This document shows, one piece after another, positions 1-13,359 of a stretch of DNA of 64,000 bases (position 1 is the stretch's first letter; the number at the start of each line of letters is the position of its first letter). Under the pieces are notes generated by a model that was not told the DNA's origin, searched no databases, and saw only the letters and a program-made list of their open reading frames with translations. A program made the translations under genes and the position numbers. Source of the DNA: Camelus ferus (lineage: Eukaryota); contig NC_045707.1 in assembly GCF_009834535.1 (NCBI RefSeq), positions 56,360,001 to 56,424,000 of the forward strand. The letters are read 5' to 3'.

Positions 1-1289
1 TCAGCCAAAATGAAGTTTATCGAGCTATTCTGGCTGTGGTGGCGTTAACAAAGGCATTGGCATGTGCAGGCAGCCTCAGGGTACAGGCTGCTGCAGTTTA
101 ACCTTGAACTACATTTAAATTCATGTATGAGCATCAGGGGCCTCATCAGAGGCTGCAGAGACACCAGAATGCAAGTTCATTTGAGGCAAGAATTTAATGA
201 TGGAAAAATATTTATAGATATGCTAAACATTAATGACTATATCAGTATTTGCTATTTTTGAACATCAAGGCAGAGGACTTGTAGGCAATACAGAGCTCTA
301 GCAAAGTTCATGGTTTACACTGTCCATGCCAGTCATAAAATGCAGTGTAAAAGAGCAAATTTTGAATATAAAGAGATTTTGATTATACTAGATGGGAAAG
401 ATCAGGACCACAAATGAGACCTGGTGACTGGGACTGCACCACTGCAAATCTGTACTTTGCAAGATAGCATCGGTGTCTCAACTGCCACTCTGAGGGAAGG
501 TACAGTGTGCCAGGCAAAATGCATGCTGATAAATTTAACTTCTTGCTGAAAAATTTCTTCCAATTTAGTCTAAGTGTGCAGGGCATAGACCCCTGACAAT
601 GGGCATGAACTGATTGGCATTCTGATGAGGCTCAAGCCATCCCCAGTTATCCCCATTCCTACAGACCCATGAGTTTCTACTGTAGAGTTTCAGTAACATG
701 TTGTCTTTGACAAAAATAGCTACTGGGTCTGGGAACATAATTTTGTCCAGGTGTGAAGCAAGTGTTATGATAGCCTTGAGTATTCCATTACTTCTTTAGA
801 CCTTTTAAAAATTGAGACACCCCATAGACTTGATGCTGAATTAATTTAACTTTTGAGGAGCTGAAGGAGCTACATCCATTTCCAAGAAAGACACACAGGC
901 TGCAGCTGCTGTCGGAATCTATGTAGTCACTAACATTTCTTGCTGTGAGTTGAACAAAGTAAGAAACTGGGAGGTACTTTAATTTCATTAGACTTCTACC
1001 ACATAAGGGCAAGAACACTAGATTCTGGATTGTGATTTTATTGCCTTTGCACATTAACTTGAAAGGTAATTTAATAGATTTTTTTTTTCTCCCTAGGAGT
1101 TTGAGAGGGGGAATATATAAAATACGGGACATCACATTTTGCTGGCAGTTTAACATGGGGCTCTCTTTAAGTATTTGGGTAATTGCCACTGAGAACATCT
1201 GATTGAATTATCCATGGCACTGAGAGAGCTCCACCCCAAAGGTCACATTTCATGGGCCTAGTGACCTCGGGGTCTCACAAATAGTAGAT

Positions 1290-1425
1290 TTCTTAAGGTA
1301 TAATCAATTGAACGTATTTAAAATGTATAATTTGGTGAGTTTGGGGACATGTATACACTCATGAAACCATCGCCACAATCACAAATTTGTCATCATTATC
1401 TCCAAAAGTTTCCTCATGGCCCTGA
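1290..1425 (-). mobile_element. Old L1 (L1MB-like) 3' end fragment
   Basis: Resembles the reverse complement of an L1MB 3' UTR ('ggtataat...tttaaaatgtataatttggtgagttt...gtatacactcatgaaaccatcgccacaatc...tccaaaagtttcctcatg'). Boundaries approximate. Confidence 0.6.
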
Positions 1426-1960
1426 AATCTATGATCTTGCTAGTCTTGCAGCTTTTATTGATTTTAATTGTGTGTCTCTGTTCCAGCAAACTTAACTGAG
1501 ACTTGCTCTATAATAGCATTATGAAATTAAATGTTTGCCAGGTGGCACCACATCAGAGCAACCCAAATTGTGGCAGTTCCTTCACGGTACTGTCCTCTCC
1601 TAGTGCAATGTTCGATCAGATTCCTTGTACCCTTTGGGCTAAAGACTCTACTGATATGAGTAGAATATTTGAAACTGGCCTACTAAGATTCAAATGAATC
1701 ATAACCGCCCCCACCACCGCCACACACACACACTGAGGTCATCCCAATATCCATTCAAACCTGAAGAAATCTCAGGAATAAAATACATTACTAATCTTAG
1801 AATAAGGATGGCCACATCGTAGTCCTTGCAATACTCCCACAAAGCCAGTTAAGAAGCCTATCAGAAAAGGCTACCCCATTTGTTCAAGATCTCAAGGTGA
1901 GGAATAGAATGTCATTCCTAGTTTCCTGGTAATTCCCAACACACATATGTCCTGTCCTCC

Positions 1961-2604
1961 TGTTAGAGCAGGCAGATAGCTAGATATGAGCAGAGAAAGG
2001 GGGACACAGACCAAATGGCAGGAATTGGGCAGAAAGGAGGGTCACAGGCCAAATGCAGGAAAACATACTGTAAGCACCAGGGGTCCCTGGGCAGAGAAAG
2101 AAAAGCAGGAATCTTTGGGCTGATAAAGGGCTACACCTTTTGGCCTGGAGACCAACAAAGAAAAGTCAGAAAAGGCAGGAATTTCCAGTGTCCAAACGTA
2201 ACCTTTTGCTCATTATGCCCTCATTTCAATAAAATTAGCCTTGCAGATCAGAAGTACCCGTTATGCACCGATGCCATGACACTTCTGATCCAGACTAAAT
2301 AAGGACAAAAATCCCTCCTCCCTTTGGGAAGGTGGAGTTGGGATGATAATCAGGAAATATAACCCCAAGCCCTTCCCTCCTCAATGAATACTCTGCCCAT
2401 TCATTTTTACACCCTATGTAACTAACTTGCCAAAGAAACTCAGGACAGCCTCTCACCTGTGTCTGCCTGCTCTCCCCTTGAAAGTGTACTACCCCTCCTT
2501 TAATAAATTCTCACTTTACTTTTTTTTAACCTCTAAGTCCTGTCTCTGAATTCTTTCTGGGACGGGACAAGAACCTGGAACACCAGTTGGATCCACTGGC
2601 AACA
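1961..2604 (+). mobile_element. ERV1-class solo LTR (644 bp)
   Basis: TG...CA termini (tgttagagcaggcagatagc...ctggcaaca). AATAAA at 2502 is followed by a U5-like 'tctgaattctttct...caagaacc'. Near-TSD ctcc/ctca. Confidence 0.85.
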
Positions 2605-4242
2605 CTCAATCCCCTGAAAAAGTAAATATCTCACAGTAGTCAATTTATATGCAGCTTTCCTTAGTATACACATAGATAAAGACAGTTACTCTTTGCTATT
2701 TTTGTGGAATATTAACAGTATGTCTAGCTGGTTATACCTCAAGGATTTACAGAATTCTCATATTTTCTTCAATCTAAACAAATCAGTCAAAACGAAAGGA
2801 TTTAATTTTTCTTTTTCTTTCCATCCTTGTACAATTTGTAGATTACTGTGCCCTCTTAATGTAAGTCGTCCCCAGGAAGACCTCATACAGCTCTTTTCAA
2901 GATTAGCTGAAAAGCTTTACAAACCATGCAGAGAAAAGCCATAATTTTGTTAAGAAATTATACAAATTATTTGAGTCACAATCTGTCAGCCCTAGATGTT
3001 TTCTGTCCTCCACCAGAACAGAGATGATTCCATTTTACCAAAGTTCTAAACTAGAAAGGAATGAAAAGATTTTTGAGGATTGACTGGTTATTGTAAGCAA
3101 TAAATGCCCAATTTTTAAAAAATGGGTCAGTCCTCTCATGAGCTCATTAAGGCAACAACTCCTGAGTCTCTTCTGCGGAAAGCACAAAGAAAAACAGCCT
3201 TCTCCTCTTTTACCTTTTATTTTCACCAGTCTCCTACTTTGGGAACCCCTAACCTTGACAAACCCTTCTCTCTTGTTTAATAAAGACAAGATGATGCGTT
3301 AAGAGTGTCAACTCACCAGAGCCTGCCGACTGCCTCTCTTAGCATGTTCCCTGGTTTAAGAATGGAGGCACAATTTCTATGCTTTCAAGAGGTGGCTGCA
3401 GCTGCCAAACTGGTTGAAACTTCCACCAGTATGTTATTTGCGTCTCACTGACTCTGTGGTTTGCACCTGCTGAAGCAATCCTTTTAGGCAACACTCACAA
3501 TTTCTCTACCAGCAACTTTTCCATTTATGAGGCTCTCACATCATCTCTTTTACATATCACTATTTAACATAATTCAAACCTTGCTCTTGCAACTTGATTC
3601 CCTTTTCAGGATGAAGGGGAAACACGTGACTATAGCAGTAATAAATAAGGAAAGCATGCCCAGGGTTGATCTTCCAGAACCCCTTTTAGTTAATCTTGAC
3701 TTAATACACTTTTTAGATTTTATTTTGGAAATTATAAAGGCATCCTCTTTTGTTGTGGGTACTGAAAAATGCAGCCATTAAGTGGCTCCATTACATAATA
3801 TTCAGTCTTCCCAGGTGGCAGATTAAATAGCTCTGACTGAAACCTTTATTGTAGCAAAAGACAAAAGATATGTTTTTATAATTGTTCATGATTTTGAGAT
3901 GTCTTGAAACCTAGAGGATTTGTGACCTCTTCAGATAGTCTAACTACGGGAAAGATATCAATGATTTAGTGGAAGCTATTCAAAACTCACAAGGAAACGG
4001 TGGTTGTTAACATAGAAGCACGTTGGCAGACGGAAAGCCAACAGCAATGCCCTTGCAGTGCTGTGTGCTAAATGAGTAGCCTTTACCACACCAGCTGTAT
4101 GAGATGCTTCTCTCCTGACCAAGCTGATGTCCCTTCCCATCAAACCTTCAGACGGATAATTGTCTCAATTTAGGCCAGCTATGGTTGACTCACAGCAATC
4201 ACATCAACCTTCTGAAAGACAGAATTGGCCATCAAACGGATA

Positions 4243-4583
4243 GAGGCTAGAAGTCTGAAGTCAAGGTGTTGGAAGGACCATGCTCTCTGAGAAGGCACCA
4301 GGGAAAGATCTCTGCTCCAGGTCTCTCCCAGCCCTGGTCCCTTGGCATGTGGCAGCCAAGGGAGTCTTCACCTGTGGTGCTCCCTGTGTGCATGTCTTTT
4401 TTTCCCCAAATTTCCCTTATGATAAAGACACCACTTATATTGAATTAGGACTCACCCTAATTACCTTATTTCCACATGATTACTCTGCAAAGATCAAACC
4501 ACCAAATAAGGTCACATTCCGTGGTCCTGGTGGTTAGGACTCCAGTGTATCTTTTTTTAGAGTCCATAATTCAACCCATAACA
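4243..4583 (-). mobile_element. MLT1 (ERVL-MaLR) LTR, partial
   Basis: MLT1 motifs 'gaggctagaagtctgaagtcaaggtgttgg', 'ccaaataaggtcacattc' and the terminus 'aattcaacccataaca'. Confidence 0.85.
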
Positions 4584-4979
4584 CATATCAACATGGAAAT
4601 GCTTTTCAGCATCACTGAACACCATATCTATTCCTGTAACTATGGGCTCATGTGTCACAGTGCAAACAAACTACCAACCCAAATCAGTAGATTTCCACTC
4701 ACATGAGAACTTAAACTGAGGCCACTTCAAAAAAGTCTCCAGAAGCAGAGAATTTCAAGCAATCACTTTTCCCAAGAACTCTGAACCAAGGGGATGACAG
4801 TGAATATACAGCTAATGCCTGGTAGACAAAAGAAGACACAGCTGAATGAATTTCTTTAAAACAATCATTCTCTTTCTGTAATATTGTCCTGTTCTCTTCA
4901 TATATTCTTGGTCATTTAACCCAAATATCACAAAATCATTGTTTTCTCTCGGCACATTTGAGTTTAACTGTATTCAGTT

Positions 4980-5116
4980 TTTTTTTTTTAACATTTTTTA
5001 TTGAGTTATAGTCATTTTACAATGTTGTGTCAAATTCCAGTAGAGCACAACTTTTCAGTTATACATGAACAAACATATATTCATTGTCATATTTTTTTTT
5101 GCTGTGAGCTACCACA
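4980..5116 (-). mobile_element. Young, severely 5'-truncated L1 3' tail (camelid-type)
   Basis: Poly-T followed by 'aacattttttattgagttatagtcattttacaatgttgtgtcaaattccag', flanked by the TSD tgtattcagtt (4969-4979 / 5117-5127). Near-identical to the inserts at 19020 and 22500. Confidence 0.9.
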
Positions 5117-8100
5117 TGTATTCAGTTCTTGGTATATTCAAAATACATAGTTACAGTTAGCCTGTGCATTTGCAATTGCATTTAGTGCAAAAAATGGTTG
5201 GGTATATGAGAACTTCTTATTTATATACACAAGATATCTCCATGCTACCAGTATTTTGTGATTCCAGTTATTATGCAGGCATTTGTGATTGCTCTAGTCC
5301 TCAGTGACTATGGTCCACATGAGGTTTGGGAAACCTTTCCGGTGTTTCTCTGGAAGCCCAGTTTACCTGATCAAAAACCACACAGCTCATGGGGTCTAAG
5401 TGGGGATAGCTTTTGTTATGTCTCAATTTTGGAGGCTAAAAAAAATAATAGATAATGACCAACATAAACATGTCACTTTCAACAATGTTCAAGAGATAAA
5501 AAAAAGTACAAAAATGATAGTAAGATATAATACCAAGAGTCATTAGTGCAAGTTTCCCAAGGATTGATTTTGAGTAACTTCTTCCCTATAATGGGTTAGT
5601 GAAACTAGGGCTTATTGCATGTATTACCTGTTAACTGATATAGGCTTAGAAATTTAGCCTACCTTATGTCAGATTTGCAGATTGTACAGAATACATTAGT
5701 GAAGGCAAAGCAATATTCCAACCACCAAAAACAGTTCATCACTGGCTGGAAGGATTGGTTGGTTCAAGGAAAATTTCTACTTGTGTTTGTGTTTTATGAC
5801 AATACAACACAGCTGGATAGGTTTCAGAAAATTGGCATCTTAATGAATCAGCTCTATTGCTGAACCTCCGATATACAGTGACACTCAAATGACGATTCTA
5901 TGCTAGAATAGATGGAATTCCTTTTGGTCAAACTTTCTCCTTTAGGGTAGAGGGGTAATCACAAGAAGGGACTGATGAACTCAGACCTCTTGGGTACACT
6001 ACATACAAAGCAGAGGCAGCCAAATTCCATAATCCCAAATTAGGGGAATTACATATAAAGCAGAGGTGCTTTGATGGTATAAGCCTAAAATAAGCACCTA
6101 GCCCAGGGCTTATTTAACCCACAAATCCAGGTATAGCCCTCCAATGGACATCTCTGAGAGACCCAGTTTTTGTAATAAGGAACAAAGATGATTCGTGGTT
6201 ATAGAAGACCTAACTCCATTTCTTCTCCCCTCGAATTTTTCCTATGAGAGCCTCCTTATATTTGGTCTCTTATTATGTATAAACATACTAAAAATTATTT
6301 TATCATATACTATTTTATTATACATAATATATATATAATACTAATATAGCAGAAATAGAGAAACTGGTGGAAGGATCTGACTTGGGTTGAAAACTGTTGA
6401 GTTTCTTTGATTTACATCTAAATAGGCCACTAATAGTTCACAGAAGTTGAAAAAGTCAAGTCATCTTTAATACCATCCACTCCCTTTTGCCATCCTTAGG
6501 AGAAAGTCTTAAAAATTGTCTTGAGTTAATTACCATAGCAGTAGGTGACTTTTTGTGCTTTTTAAATGTAGATGAAAATCTGAATTTGTTTAAAAAACAT
6601 TAGCATATTTCTGTGGCCTGCATTTTATGCTTGCTTATAGAGAAGTTTGGACTTCTTTTTTCCCAATCTGCATATAATTTGGTGTGGCATCAATGTATCA
6701 TCTTCAATTGTAAACATTCACAATAACTGTTTCCTTTATTAAAAAGTGATAAACTATTGCTAAATTCATCTATTACATAAATCTTACCCCCAGTCTGCTT
6801 TTCCAAGCAAATTTATTTGTGATGTACTTTATTAACAAATTAATAAAACAGATAAATCTAAGTTTTGAATCAGAGAAGAGAGGCTTACAGTTTACGGCAA
6901 CCCATGCCTGGCCCTTTAAAATTATTTTTTGAGATGTATTCTGCAATACGAATTAACACAATTTATAATTCTGGACATTTCTATATGCTTCACAGGGTGT
7001 ATATTCTATCATCAACTCTAAAAGCTTATCCATATTCTTTGATTTAATAGGAATGTTTTTGCATTAGAGGCCTCATCCGTGAGCTATCCACAGGAGTCAT
7101 GATGACTTTTTTGTGTACATAAGAGGTTTTAGCAGTAACGGAATATGTATTCTTGAAATTAGAAACCACTAAACTAGTGAGAAAGGAGAGAATAGCTCTT
7201 TGCTTTTGATTAAAATAGTTCAAGAGTTTGCAGTATTCTACTGTCCCCAAAATGGCTGAAGCTGGGAAACATTAGTAATTTATGTGAAGTGTGATAGAAA
7301 TAAATATGTTTGAATTATCAATGTACATGTTTTCAATTTGACTGAAAGGATAGAATCTATGTTTAGAGTTGTGATTACAAAATTATCATTGTTTTGCTAC
7401 TTTTATAAAAGCTATTAAAGAATTGGAGAACTGGCTTAAGTATTCTCTTGGGACACGCTGCAGATGACAATTCCGAGTTTGGCTTCTGATACTGTGAGAA
7501 TGGGGCAAACTGCTCCAGGCAGTTTGTGGGACAAACACATTGAAATAGTAAAAAATGCTTCTCAAAATGGCTCAATTGGTACTTATGTCCATTTATTTCA
7601 CTGAGATTTCAGAGAAACAGAATTCTAAATACAATTTAGAATTTAGAAATGGGAATATATGAAGTAAAATGCTGCTTAATTATTTACTCAAGGTCACACA
7701 ACAATGTGGTTTCCAAGCTAGAAACAGAAACTCAGTTTCTTAACAGCTACCCCAAGATGCTCTATGGATAACTCTAGAAAAATCCATCTGTGAAATTTTA
7801 ATCAAGACAGATATTTAAGCCCTTTGAAAACTGTGCTTGCTCTGTAATTTCACACTTCAGACTGCTTATTATATGGTAATCCACAGTGAGTTTTTTGGGG
7901 TTTTTTTGGACAGTATATGCTGCCACAGAATTTTGCACCCCTTTAGAGTAACCATGACATGTACATATTCAAATAAATTAATGTCCTAGTCTCAACTGAC
8001 TCTCCTGGGTTGACCAGTACAATGTCCTCTCTAGAATACAAAATGACTTCTTAGCTAGTTTTTTTTTCTTTTAAAAATGACACACATCTATGGATGTCCA

Positions 8101-8287
8101 TCCAACATTCCATGTCTGAGACTCTGGAGTCAGTAGAAAAGGAAAGAATGATGAGAAAACACTTAAAAACATATGAAATGTTTATATGAAATAAATCACA
8201 TTTCTACTTACAAGCTATGTGATATTGCAAAATAATTTACTGCTTCTGTGCCCCAGTTTACCTATTTGTAAAATGAGCATGATAATA

Positions 8288-8595
8288 TAGGTTCATAACT
8301 TATTTTCCAAAACCCTTGGGTCCAAGGGTCTTTCAAATTCAGAATGTTTTGCATTTTAGATAGGTAATGCAGTGCAAATACTGTATATTTATGTAATAGT
8401 CCCAGTGGTGTCTCAAGCAGTATATTAAAATATTAAAGTTGCAGCAAAATGAATAAGTACTCAAACTAAGAGATAATTCAGGAATATAAACAGCCTCTTA
8501 TCAATTCAGGTCAGATTTCTGCCTGTGTGGAAAAAAGAACACAGTTTTCAGAGACTTTTGCCTTTCAAAATTGTAGGTAAAGGATCACAGACCTG
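8288..8595. mobile_element. TcMar-Tigger-type MITE (MamRep434-like) inserted in a MIR
   Basis: Degenerate terminal inverted repeats (taggttcataac... / ...ggatcacagacctg). MIR core sequence lies on both sides (about 8210-8287 and 8596-8690). Confidence 0.7.
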
Positions 8596-11500
8596 AAATA
8601 ATATGTAAATCATATGATAATTTAAGTGGGTGAACAAGTTATTTCATGTAAAGCACTTAGACTGGTAACTGATAGTAAGTGACCTAATTATTATTTTAAT
8701 TATTTTAATACTGAATATCTCATTTTTTTCTTTGACATATTACATATTGATTCAGCCATCTTTCTAATAAAATATGGTCAGCTGTTCAACACTTACCAAG
8801 ATCTTTATATACATTATCTCATTTAATCCCCTTAAGAATCCTCTGATAAACACTATTATTATTTCCATTTTCCATTGAGGAAATTAACATTCTTTGTAAT
8901 ATAACCCCTTAATCAAATGCAATAAATTAATTGATATGCAAGTCAAGCTTCATATATTTCATACAAAGAATAGTAGTCACCCAAATTAAATTCCTCAAAA
9001 TCATTTTTGTGAAAAAAAATTCCCAACACTGAACTTCAGTTGATTCAAGCACCTTGTTTCCAAATAGGAATGATATTCATTACTTATTTGATGAAAGTTT
9101 CTTTTAAACCAGGGATTAATTTTACAATTACAGAAATGAAGAAAAGATATTCAAAAGTTATCAAACTCACATATAATATGTTTCAAAAAAATTTAAAGAA
9201 TAGCAAATAATATTTGCCTTTTCTTATTTTCCAGTATCAAATATATATACAAAAGGGTTCTCTTAGCTATCTGGTGGGCAAAAAAATTTTGCACAGTATT
9301 AATTCTGCTAAAGAATAAGCTGAGTAGCAGTACACTTTAAAATGCATAGGTAAATGAATATTATATTTTTCCTAAATATTAGACTCAGATGAAATAATAT
9401 TTTTTATAAAGGAAAATTGTGTAAAATTATGAACTACTAATGCATTGGTACACATCTTCCCAGTATATATATTCTGCTTACTATATTACAGATATTTTTA
9501 TATCATTAAATAGTTTAATAAATCAATATATTAATGATTTATAGTTGAACAATATTTAATATAGTGTTGAGCCATAATCTTCTAATTAATTGTAAATTAT
9601 TGCCTTTTAGATTATGACAATCTTAAAGAACAATGTAACAAAATTTATGTATATAAATTTTAAAATTTTTTGAATAAAATTTTCTTTACAGATCTGTATC
9701 CTATATACAATATCTATATAAAACTTCATATCACATTTCATGTAAACTAAGTATTTTGGAAGTTTTAGCATTTTAACTATCACTGTAAATATATATCTGG
9801 TGGATATTGCAAAGCACTCCCTTTTAAGTTTTTAAAAAACTCTTTTAGAGTTTTATATTCAATTTTAGTGGAAAGAAAAACATAGAAAAATAGTATTATA
9901 TATCTTCCAGATCTGAAAGTGAAAAGATATGATTATTTTTCCAACCTTTACATAGGTTTATCGAAAGATGAAAGTTTCTAATTACATTATCATAAAGCTA
10001 TAATAATTACTACCATTTTTAAGAAAGGATATTTTATTTTAATTAATTTGAAATGGTAGTTCAAATGGGAGATAGAAAAAAAAATCACTCATGCAATTGA
10101 CTGCAAAAAACATGGAAAAATAGCTCCAAAAACATGATGCAAAATAATTTCTATATTCATTTTCAGTAATATCCTGATATATTGTAGTATGCTTTTAGAA
10201 ACTCTCAGTTCTGTAGGAGATTCCATCTTATTCAGATCTTCCAGAAAAGGAAATATGCTTTCAGTAAAAAAAAAAAAAAAAAAAAAATTTGTTTGGCTTA
10301 AGCAATTAACATTAGGGCTCAAAATGATATTTTGGAATTTGAAGTGCCTTAAATCTTAAAAAAAAAAAAAAAAGAAAAGAAAAGCCAAATTGAGGAACCT
10401 AAGAATGTGGGTTTGATGGCCAGAGATATAGGGAGACTAGGGGCCTGGACTCTATTTCTTAAGTCCAATTTTTCCCCATCCTGTGCATATAAAGAACCAT
10501 TAACAATGCAATGATTAATTTCAGAATAACAGGAAAGTCCAGCTGTCATCCTGAGATTTGATGTGTCCTTTTCTTGGGACATATATTCTTTCTTTCTAAT
10601 AGATATCTCCTCTGAACCAAAGCTACACAACTGGTAAAAGCTGTCTGGCCTGAAGAATCTCTTATGTAATAAGTAAGATCCATGAATTTAGCTCATATTT
10701 AATTTGCAAGTACTATAGCAATCCACAGTTTATATTAACAAATGTTCCCACAGCACAGGTAGACGACCAATTGTTATACTTTACCCTCTCGTTTTATAGT
10801 TAATATAGGTACAGATTATATTATACTATTTATTGTTAATACAAAATAAATAGGCAATATAGTCTAGGAAGAAAGAAACATGGACATGTTTCAATCCTGA
10901 GACTTTATAGTTAATAAATGGTACTGTAGTTGAGATAGGGAGCCGGTTAAATAGGTCGGCCCTCTCCATCTCATGTACTACAGCTTAATATTTCCCCAGT
11001 AATACTGATCAAAATAAAGAACCAAGCCTATATGTCCTTTGAATTGTGTTAAAGTTTCTAATTTCCAGGTTATAATATAGAATAGGCTTTAATATAATTC
11101 ATTTTGTTTCCTAAGAGGAGATGAGAACATAAAATTTGCATTATCTAAAGTCACAGCATGAGGCTGCTTAAACTCTGCAGCTGGATGTTTATAGCTGCTT
11201 TTTCTCCTGATTCTCTTTGTAGTGCTATAATGGGATGTGCTACATAATAAAATTCACGTCTTTTGTGCTGATGTTGTATTAATGCATTTTCTCAAGTTGA
11301 GTGTTCAACAGCAACAGCACAATAATATAAAAATATACAGGACTCTGCTATCCCCATTTTTTTCCTTTTGCTATAAATGAAATAAAACGAACTTCTCATC
11401 ATGGCAATGAACTTCTCCATGACCTAGTTCTTTCTCATTTCTTTAACGTCTTAGCCTGCAGCTCCTGTATATGCAACTTATGTTATACTAAAATTCTAAT

Positions 11501-11734
11501 GATTTTGTAAGAACTGGACCAAGATGCCACTAGGTAGGAACAATGTTGTTGAGAAGAGAAGATATTTTAGATGTATATTTAAGACTTGGTATTTAATTAA
11601 TTGAAAGTGGGATATAATAGAAAAGGAATAATCTTGGATGACTTCCAAATTGGTATTTTGTGTGACACAGTGAAATGAAGTCCTAAGGGTAGGATTGGAG
11701 GGGTAAGAACTTGGAAATGATATCATATCATATC

Positions 11735-13140
11735 CTGTGATTTCCCTACACCTTCCCTATACCCGTGTAAATAATTTCCTTATGAACCTCTTCTCAAGTT
11801 TAAGTCACGTGTTTCCTTCCAGGACCTTGACTAGTGCAATAACTGGTGCCCAAAGTAGCCTCAGGAAGCAGAGGCTACAAATTCGGGAACCGGACTGCTC
11901 ACATATTTGAGGAGCGCTGGGGAGAAATGAACATGGGTAATCCCCGACATGCGGTGACATTATGATTACTCAAATGATCACTGATGTTAGCATGTGAGGA
12001 AGTAAGTATACACGCAGCCTACAGCACTGGGAATTCAAGTGAACTTAAAACTCAGTTGCTGTGGCAAAAACTGATTATAAAGTTTGTGGTGTCACCTGGT
12101 TCCTTCTGATGGCCCTGAGAGAGTGTGTACAAGGAAAATGAGCAATTGAAAACAAAAAATATCTGGCATGGATAATTAAAAAGCTTAAAAGGAAGTCTTG
12201 AAGGAGTCCCTCATTTCCTATGGCCAGAGGGAAGATACGGGTGAGAACCAAGTCCAGGGTCCAATTCTGAGGGTTTCAAGAGTTCTAACTCAAACAATTC
12301 TCAAGCCCACTAGGTCTCTTACACTGATAGAAAAGTATTAGTGGCAAAGGGGTAGAGTTGTAAATCATGAGAAAAGGACATTTAAGCAGCATGGATGAAG
12401 CTGAGAACTCATGTTCACCCCACTCCTACCATCAATTCACTCAATTATAAGACAAATAGAAAAAATTATTCTGTATGTAAGCCTTTTAATGACTGCACTT
12501 GCCTCACAAATTCCCCTCACAAGACACCCATCACTGCTTCTGGACCGAGCACAGATGAAAAGTACAATGATTGCTGTAAGAGGAGATGGCCCACACACCC
12601 AAAGGGTGTCAGATCTCTCCAACCTGTATGTGCAAGAAATTATAGAGACTGTGTGTGGGAGGGAGTGGATTTTAAGGCGTTAGACCACGGAGGATAAAAT
12701 ACAAGGCATAACTGGCTTGAATTCTTTGTCATGGATGCATTCACCCAGAATATGAAATTTAATATATTGGCTTAAGCATGTGAAAAGTCATTAATAACCT
12801 GATAAGTGGGCTAGCTGAAGCCTGGACTCATCAATAACTTACATTTTATAGTGTGGAAATGCCTGGATTTTGCGGATATACTCTAAAGGAAGAAGCACAA
12901 AGACTAAAAAAGGTAGAAACACTAGAATGAATCTGCTTAGCCCCTTTCTACCATATTATGGGGGAGAGGGTATAGCTCAGAAGTAGAGCATATGCTTAGT
13001 AGGCATGAGGTCCTGGGTTCAATCTCTAGTACCTTCATTACAATAAATAATTAAACAAACCTAATTACCTACCATACTCCAACGAGGGATACTTGAGCTT
13101 TCCTTCATCAAAGCTCTAAGAAATATATTATAGAAGAGGC
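11735..13140 (+). mobile_element. ERVL proviral relic: 3' end of 5' LTR, PBS-like tggtgccc (11844), leader and degenerate gag
   Basis: LTR end '...ggaccttgactagtgca' at 11838. Translating about 12590-12935 across frameshifts gives SDLSNLY...EWILR-LDHGG...GLAEAWT...VEMP...EEAQRLKKVETLE, resembling ERV-L gag capsid motifs. Multiple stops are present. Confidence 0.8.
12960..13068 (+). mobile_element. tRNA-derived SINE (camelid Vic-1-like)
   Basis: A-box 'tatagctcagaagtagagc', B-box 'gggttcaatctc' and an A-rich 3' part. TSD ctaccata (12948-12955 / 13069-13076). Interrupts the ERVL gag. Confidence 0.85.
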
Positions 13141-13169
13141 TGTCAGCCTTGTAGGGGTGGAATTTTGTT

Positions 13170-13297
13170 AACTGTTTGCTAAAGACAGCCATCATTAAAA
13201 ATTAAGTTAATTACCCCTATAATAAGGCTATTAAACTGTTTGCTAAACACAGTCATCATTAAAAATTAAATTAATTATCCCTATAAAAAGGCTATTG
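13170..13297. repeat. Tandem duplication, 2 x 64 bp
   Basis: 'aactgtttgctaaa(g/c)acag(c/t)catcattaaaaattaa...cctata.(t/a)aaggctatt' occurs at 13170 and 13234 with about 6 mismatches. Confidence 0.95.
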
Positions 13298-13359
13298 AAA
13301 TAATTCTTCTTTCTCCAACTTCAATATTCCAATATGAGATTGAAAGGATATACTGCTCT

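Noticed and set aside
788..1198. 136-aa ORF, and similar ORFs at 50612-51019, 36840-37235 and 42699-43097
   Set aside because: No recognisable domain. They are within chance length for 64 kb or lie in LTR/L2 sequence, and have no supporting splice structure.
12960..13035. Functional tRNA gene
   Set aside because: The stems are degenerate and it has an A-rich SINE tail and a TSD, so it is a tRNA-derived SINE.
13170..13297. CRISPR-like or functional repeat array
   Set aside because: Only two adjacent copies with no spacers, in eukaryotic DNA. It is a simple local duplication.
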